From Octopus sinensis (Eukaryota): DNA of 64,000 nucleotides. Of this stretch, positions 58,710-64,000 are shown in pieces (the stretch's first letter is position 1; each line of letters begins with the position of its first letter). The notes beneath the pieces were generated by a model. That model was not told where the DNA came from, made no database searches, and worked only from the letters and a program-made list of their open reading frames with translations. The stretch covers positions 28,147,360 to 28,211,359 of the forward strand of contig NC_043019.1 of NCBI RefSeq assembly GCF_006345805.1. The letters run 5' to 3'. A program made the position numbers and the translations under genes.

Positions 58710-59353
58710 TCACACACGCACATACACACACGCACACAGAGCTTTAGACTTGAAGTTGTAAACATTTTTAAAAAGGGCAACTAGTGGTCGGAAAAGATAA
58801 ATGACAACTGGTGATCTAAAGGATAGGAGTGGGGGAAAAAAAAACTCACCATTCGATCATGGGAGGAAAGTCTACAAGAACAGTGAAACATTATAACCCG
58901 GCATCCACCGATACAGAAACACACACACACACACACCACACACACACACACATACACTCACACACGCACATACACACACGCACACAGAGCTTTAGACTTG
59001 AAGTTGTAAACATTTTTAAAAAGGGCAACTAGTGGTCGGAAAAGATAAATGACAACTGGTGATCTAAAGGATAGGAGTGGGGGAAAAAAACTCACCATTC
59101 GATCATGGGAGGAAAGTCTACAAGAACAGTGAAACATTATAACCCGGCATCCACCGATACAGAAACACACACGCACACACACACACACACACACACATTC
59201 ACAGAGAAAGGCATTTCAGACATACAAAATTCATTCATATAAAAATAATATAAGGATAAACCAAAATAGCATAATACCCATTTTTTCTATGAATTGACGG
59301 TAAGATTCCACATCTTCTTTGATTTCTGTCCATTTTCCAAGGAATACATCCAT
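44101..59353 (-). CDS. FABP/iLBP family member, paralog B (4 exons, 137 aa)
   Basis: Minus-strand exons 59353-59278, 49564-49383, 47244-47137 and 44148-44101 splice to MDVFLGKWTEIKEDVESYRQFIEKMGVPKETAEKILKYRGFFELKEDGELFKAITGYVEDPSLNKTYNFKMNETFTDTDNFGQKFTLVCKVEDGKWYDKCTNYYNQATIESVREVVGDTLIVTTTCDGQTMVSKFKK*. Exon lengths 76/182/108/48 match paralog A; 84/137 identities by hand alignment. Confidence 0.9.
45692..46022. mobile_element. MITE-like element with ~38-bp imperfect TIRs, in FABP-like B intron 3
   Basis: Ends share GATCTACAAGGGAGATAACT in inverted orientation; no TSD found. Confidence 0.5.
47137..47244 (-). CDS. FABP-like B exon 3
   Basis: Acceptor ttttccag, donor gtgagt; 108 nt. Confidence 0.9.
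47990..48850 (-). mobile_element. Degraded RTE LINE internal fragment (FABP-like B intron 2)
   Basis: Cys-rich CIQCKL..KGCSGITG.LTEK..FECDRC segment resembles the PHD-like insert seen in some RTE ORFs; heavily decayed. Confidence 0.5.
49383..49564 (-). CDS. FABP-like B exon 2
   Basis: Acceptor ttttacag, donor gtgagt; 182 nt. Confidence 0.9.
49740..50125 (-). mobile_element. SINE family B copy in FABP-like B intron 1
   Basis: Near full-length match to the family. Confidence 0.85.
51115..51384. repeat. ~130-bp-arm imperfect fold-back inverted repeat
   Basis: ATTCTGTTGTGTCTGGGGAGAGTCATTTTC.. pairs with ..GAAAATGACTCTCCCCAGACACAACAGAAT; pairing continues nearly to the centre (about 51248). Confidence 0.9.
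58680..59200. repeat. Direct tandem duplication, ~247-bp unit x2
   Basis: GCTTTAGACTTGAAG at 58741 and 58989; units differ essentially only in homopolymer and CA-tract lengths. Confidence 0.92.
59278..59353 (-). CDS. FABP-like B exon 1
   Basis: ATG at 59353, MDVFLGKW motif, donor gtatta; 76 nt, as in paralog A. Confidence 0.87.
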
Positions 59354-59594
59354 CGTATAATTTATATGATGTAAATAAATATATATTATATATTATATAT
59401 TATATATTATATATGTATATATAGAAAGTGGGAGAGAAGGAGCACGTTGACTTTAAACACAGCCTGTCGCTTATAAGAGGGCGGCAATATTCTGTTAGTT
59501 GTTACTACTGACTTGTACAGTTGCGTCTACGCGATGAATAAACGTCAAGAATGAAGGAAGGAAAGTAGTGTTAACCATATACGATTTATATATA

Positions 59595-59629
<35 letters not shown>

Positions 59630-60924
59630 ATTTATATATGTGTGCGTGTGTAAGCATGTATGTGTGTGTATGTGTATGCATGCATGCAAGCGCTCCCCTC
59701 CTCCCTACTTAATTACTCGGCTGAAATATCATATAACTCATGATATTTTGAATAAGCTGACTCCAACAATAGATATTCTTTCAAGTTTTGGCTCAAGGCC
59801 ATCGGTTTTGAGGGGAGGTGGTGAGTCGATTACACGAATCTCAATGCTCAGCAGATACTTTATTTTGTGGACCCCGGGGTCAACAAAAAATAAATAAAGG
59901 GTAAAGTCAACCTTAGTGGTATTTGAACTTAGATCGTATGGACAATAGATGGCATAACTACAGATGTATACCCACCGCCTGCTTTGTTGCCTCACAACTT
60001 TCAGAAAAATGGATGCTTTTTAACGAAATTTTCAACAAATAATCGCTTAGTTCCTGTAGATTGAGTTTATGTAAAAAATTTGCTGGAAAAAGCTTATGAG
60101 GCAATTAAGTCGGCGGGGTATTCATCTGTAGTTATGCCCAACAGATGATACCAACTGGCGCATAATCCCATCTCGTCATTTCCAGTTCTTGATAGTCTTT
60201 GCAAGCACAGAAATTTCGAGATGCCAATTCGCAACCATTGACACCAAACCGGTCTTCTCGTTGCTACTGAAATATTGGTTAATAACAACTCGAGACTCCT
60301 AATCGCTTTTTCTCTCACCCACAATTAAATCAAATCAACACTCAATCAAATTTCTATCCATCCATCCATCTCTGCCCATTATTCGCAGAAGGGCTGTGGG
60401 CATTGAGTCCTCAGGCATCTCCTCTATATATGTCCATCATCTAAGGGGGTGCACTGGATGGCATATCCCCGCTCGCTATTCAATGGTACTCCTTCGGGTT
60501 TACAGTGAAACCCTTATTTCGAAACTCCACTTTAGCATGATTAGAAACTAGCTTAAAAGCCGTCGAATTGGAAGATCTGCAAACACATCTCTGACTTGTT
60601 TGGAGAATTCTCCAGAGTTATATCCCAATGACGATCATATTCGTCGCTAAAAATCATGTAAAAAAATCCCCGAAAACAACCGGAGTAATGAAAACATAGG
60701 AACCCAAAATTTCAGGATTGCAGGTCCGGATTCGGCCCGGAATGTTTTTAATTTACTCACAGAATCAGTCTGATTCCAAAATGGTATATGTTGGGCTACG
60801 GCCTCTAGGAGTCAAGTTGAAAAAGTGTAACACTGATACTCTTGGGGAAACTGTACTTCAATTAAAGTGTATTTTATATGAGTGTGTGTATGTGTTGTGC
60901 GCGCGCGCGTACATGTATATATGT

Positions 60925-60969
<45 letters not shown>

Positions 60970-61049
60970 TACAATACAAATATAAAATGTATGTATTAAA
61001 GAAAGCAAAAAAAAACAACAACAAACACGATAGTGTTCAGTAGTTTGTT

Positions 61050-61318
61050 CAGTATGTTGGCCACAGGAATTTCTGTCCAGGAAAGTTGTACATCATCTCC
61101 ATTTTTCTCTCATATACGCAAGTCTTTCTCTCTTATTATTATTCTCATTGCCACCATCAACACTATTACTTTTAATAAAACATCAGCTCTCCCTAAATCA
61201 CCCTCACCCACTATTACTGTCACCATAGCACGAGGAAGTGTCATTGAATAGCGAGGTGGGGGATCAAAGTGTGACACACTGACACACAGAAATTAGTTTT
61301 CACATTTATTATATTAGA
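61050..61318 (-). mobile_element. Helitron-like element, second copy
   Basis: Same A|TC 5' terminus and first ~55 bp nearly identical to 485-538. Confidence 0.4.
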
Positions 61319-62211
61319 TTAGTACCCAACCAGAATATTCTGAAGCACCCCCACCCCTCAAGCACCAAAGTCTGGCGACGGGCCTGCCTCACTAGGTCCA
61401 ATCTGAAGCTACTGTCGTTACAGTTTCTCACCGTATTCCAAAGCGTGACTAAACGAGACTCCTGATATTATCTAACCATCTCATTCTTGGTCAACACCCA
61501 GGTCTTCTAGCTTGAAGAATCTATCTTGCGATTCTTCTCTGCTACATTTTAATTACATATTCGTAGTACTGGAACTGTGAGCTCTCGATCCGGAGAATAG
61601 CGGCTCGATAGTTCCTTTTACTTTTTGTTCAACCATCTATAGGTACTCTGGGGTCTTGCATAATCGCATTCCCCCACTTATCAATTTTTCAGATCTCCCC
61701 CGCCGAGTTTCTTTCTCCCATCCGCCACTTTTCTTCCCCCACCTGCCGCTTTTATCTCAGATTTTTTGCCACACCCTACATTTATAAATTTTTAAGATTC
61801 CCTCCACCCCCCACGCTTTTATTCCAATCTTATTTTGCTAATCTATCTCCGGTGAAATTTTATAGTAAGCTATTCGTATTGGTGCAACAGCTGAAGAACA
61901 TTATCTCATAACTTATAAAATTGTAATGGCCGGTTGGGATATTATTAGATAAAACGAGAAGGGTGCAAGAGAGTTAGTGTGAGGGAACTGGAGTAGCAGA
62001 GGGAGAGTGACTAATATCAGTGAAGGGGAGAACAGAGTTGGGTAATGGACAAATATGAAGTGACAGAGGGATAGTAACGTTAATATAGCTGTCACATACA
62101 CGTGAGACGCTGCATACATACTTTCGTAAACACACACACACACACACAAATAAGTTTTAAAACGACGAGGAAGGGTAAGAGGGTGGGGATGAAGAATATA
62201 TATAAATATAT

Positions 62212-62418
62212 ATATAAGTTTATGAAAGAATGGAGTTGAACGACTTGTTAACAAATTTCCTTTATTTTCGACATATGTTTCGAAGGCTGCATATTCCTAA
62301 TTCCGAAGGAATAAGGAGTACATTCGGAATTAGGAATATGCAGCCTTCGAAACATATGTCGAAAATAAAGGAAATTTGTTAACAAGTCGTTCAACTCCAT
62401 TCTTTCATAAACTTATAT
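62212..62418. repeat. Perfect 96-bp inverted repeat with 15-nt spacer
   Basis: 62212-62307 is the exact reverse complement of 62323-62418. Confidence 0.95.
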
Positions 62419-63591
62419 TTTTAAAATAAACATACAAATTTCCGCACGAAAGCACGTAGTCTATGCCCTAGGGACGTAACTTCAACCGTGTTCTTTCTGA
62501 TGTGAATTTGCTACCCAGGTATCGGTTATCTTTCGAATTATCCTTAATAAGATAATTCATTCAACTACTCAAATATAAATATATATAGAGATATATGACA
62601 AAAAAACATCATAAGCAATACCATATGTTATAAACTAAATAGGATATATAAACTAATAACAAATAACTAATTCTGGTTTGAAAAAAAAAGAAAACAAGGG
62701 GTGACAGCCTAGAAAATTATAAATAATGATTTCTCATTTAGGCACAAGGCCAACGATTTGTGGGGAGGGACAAGTGGATTAAAGCGTCCCAGTACATTAC
62801 TCGTGCTTTATCTTATCGACCCTGTAAGAATGAAAGGTAAAGCTGACTTTAGGGGGATCGAACTCAGAACGTAACGGGTCATAACACTATGCTGCAAAGC
62901 ACGTTGCCCGATGCTTAGGCACAAGACCAGCGATTTAAAGGGAAGGGCAAAGTCGATTAAACTGACTTTCGTTACTAGTACAAAATAACAAACTCTGAGA
63001 AATTCATTATTATTTTGACATAAATTGTTAATCAGCATGACAAAAAAAAAAGAAAAAGAAAAGAAAAAGAACAAAACAAAAAATATGACAGGAATGGGAA
63101 GAGAATCTGGAGAGTTCTATTTGTTTTCATAACGCGTGAGAAAAAATATTTTATCCACGCTCATGCGGGTGAACCTTCAACATTTTAAGGCATTGATAAT
63201 TTTCAACCCTAAGAAGATCAATCATTTTGAGACACAACACATTTGCTTCAGGACACATAGAAAACAAGGAAAATGCTGTCAGAAAATATGCTTTACAACC
63301 AGCCAGAGTTTATAAAAACCTGAGGCTGGACAACTGCCCCAGTCTATAACATATGCGTGAGTTTACTGCTACTCCGCATTGTTGTCAACAAATCTTCATT
63401 TTCAATTTCCCTACGATTTCTCTACCAATCACCAACACAAATTCCACGCAAACTAAGAACTTCAATGACGAACTGTTTATTCTTACAGGACAAGCTTTTT
63501 TACGGAATAAGGATTTAACAACATCAACACGACTCCAATAATTTCTCTTTGAACTTTTTTTCATAACATCATGGCAGAGATGTCTCACTCG

Positions 63592-63814
63592 TATTCGAGG
63601 GCTTGCTGAAAAGTTTCTGGCTTTGGGTAAAAGAAAATACAGGAGGATCAGACAATTATGATTTTATACAACATATCCCCCTCTCAGATTCACACACTCA
63701 TTGCAGCGGTCCTTCAGTTTTTCTAAGCCCTGTAAAAGAACTCGGAAGCTTGGATCTCCAACCAAGTGTTTCACGATACCCTTAAAGCCAGGAAATTTTC
63801 AGCAACCTCTCATA
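63592..63814. mobile_element. Mariner-derived MITE
   Basis: Imperfect TIR (GAGRG..TGCTGAAAA.TTYCTGGCTTT) with TA at the ends. A fragment of the same left end lies at about 19705-19770. Confidence 0.65.
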
Positions 63815-64000
63815 CAAACATATATATAGAAGACAATTTCCACTTAAAACCAGTTTGTTGGATGTAAATTTGACACAGCAGAACAATCTAAGGGACATAA
63901 CTCTGGAAAGTCGAAAGCTAGCTTGGTGTATTCCGGACCACATAGTTCTGGTTTCAGTCCCACTGCAGGGCATCTTGAGCAAAGTGTCTTCTACTATAAG

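Noticed and set aside
60094-60324. 76-aa minus-strand ORF in unique-looking DNA
   Set aside because: No recognisable homology or splice signals; other frames are closed.

Overview
AT-rich, repeat-dense animal genomic DNA, probably a coleoid cephalopod (Octopus-like). That assignment is inferred from the SINE/RTE-tail families, the microsatellite load and a compact C2H2 gene; it is not established. Four protein-coding genes can be assembled by hand with canonical GT-AG junctions and continuous frames: (1) a C2H2 zinc-finger ORF (6746-7495, +); (2) CMC1, a twin-CX9C COX assembly factor (4 exons, 15689-20853, +, 123 aa); (3-4) a convergent (tail-to-tail) pair of divergent FABP/iLBP-family genes (A: 32423-38027 +, 138 aa; B: 44101-59353 -, 137 aa; about 61% identical, same exon phases), missed or only partly captured by the ORF track. 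The rest is tRNA-derived SINEs, RTE-tailed elements, CR1/RTE/L1-like LINE scraps, mariner remnants, several MITEs (Merlin-like, hAT-like, pogo/Tigger-like, mariner-like), microsatellites and three fold-back hairpins, including a perfect 96-bp inverted repeat. No clearly new multi-gene system is evident. The best leads are the FABP-like pair lacking the C-terminal Arg/Tyr carboxylate-binding residues, the fold-back hairpins, and a young Merlin-like MITE directly upstream of CMC1. Repeat boundaries are approximate unless TIR/TSD are stated.
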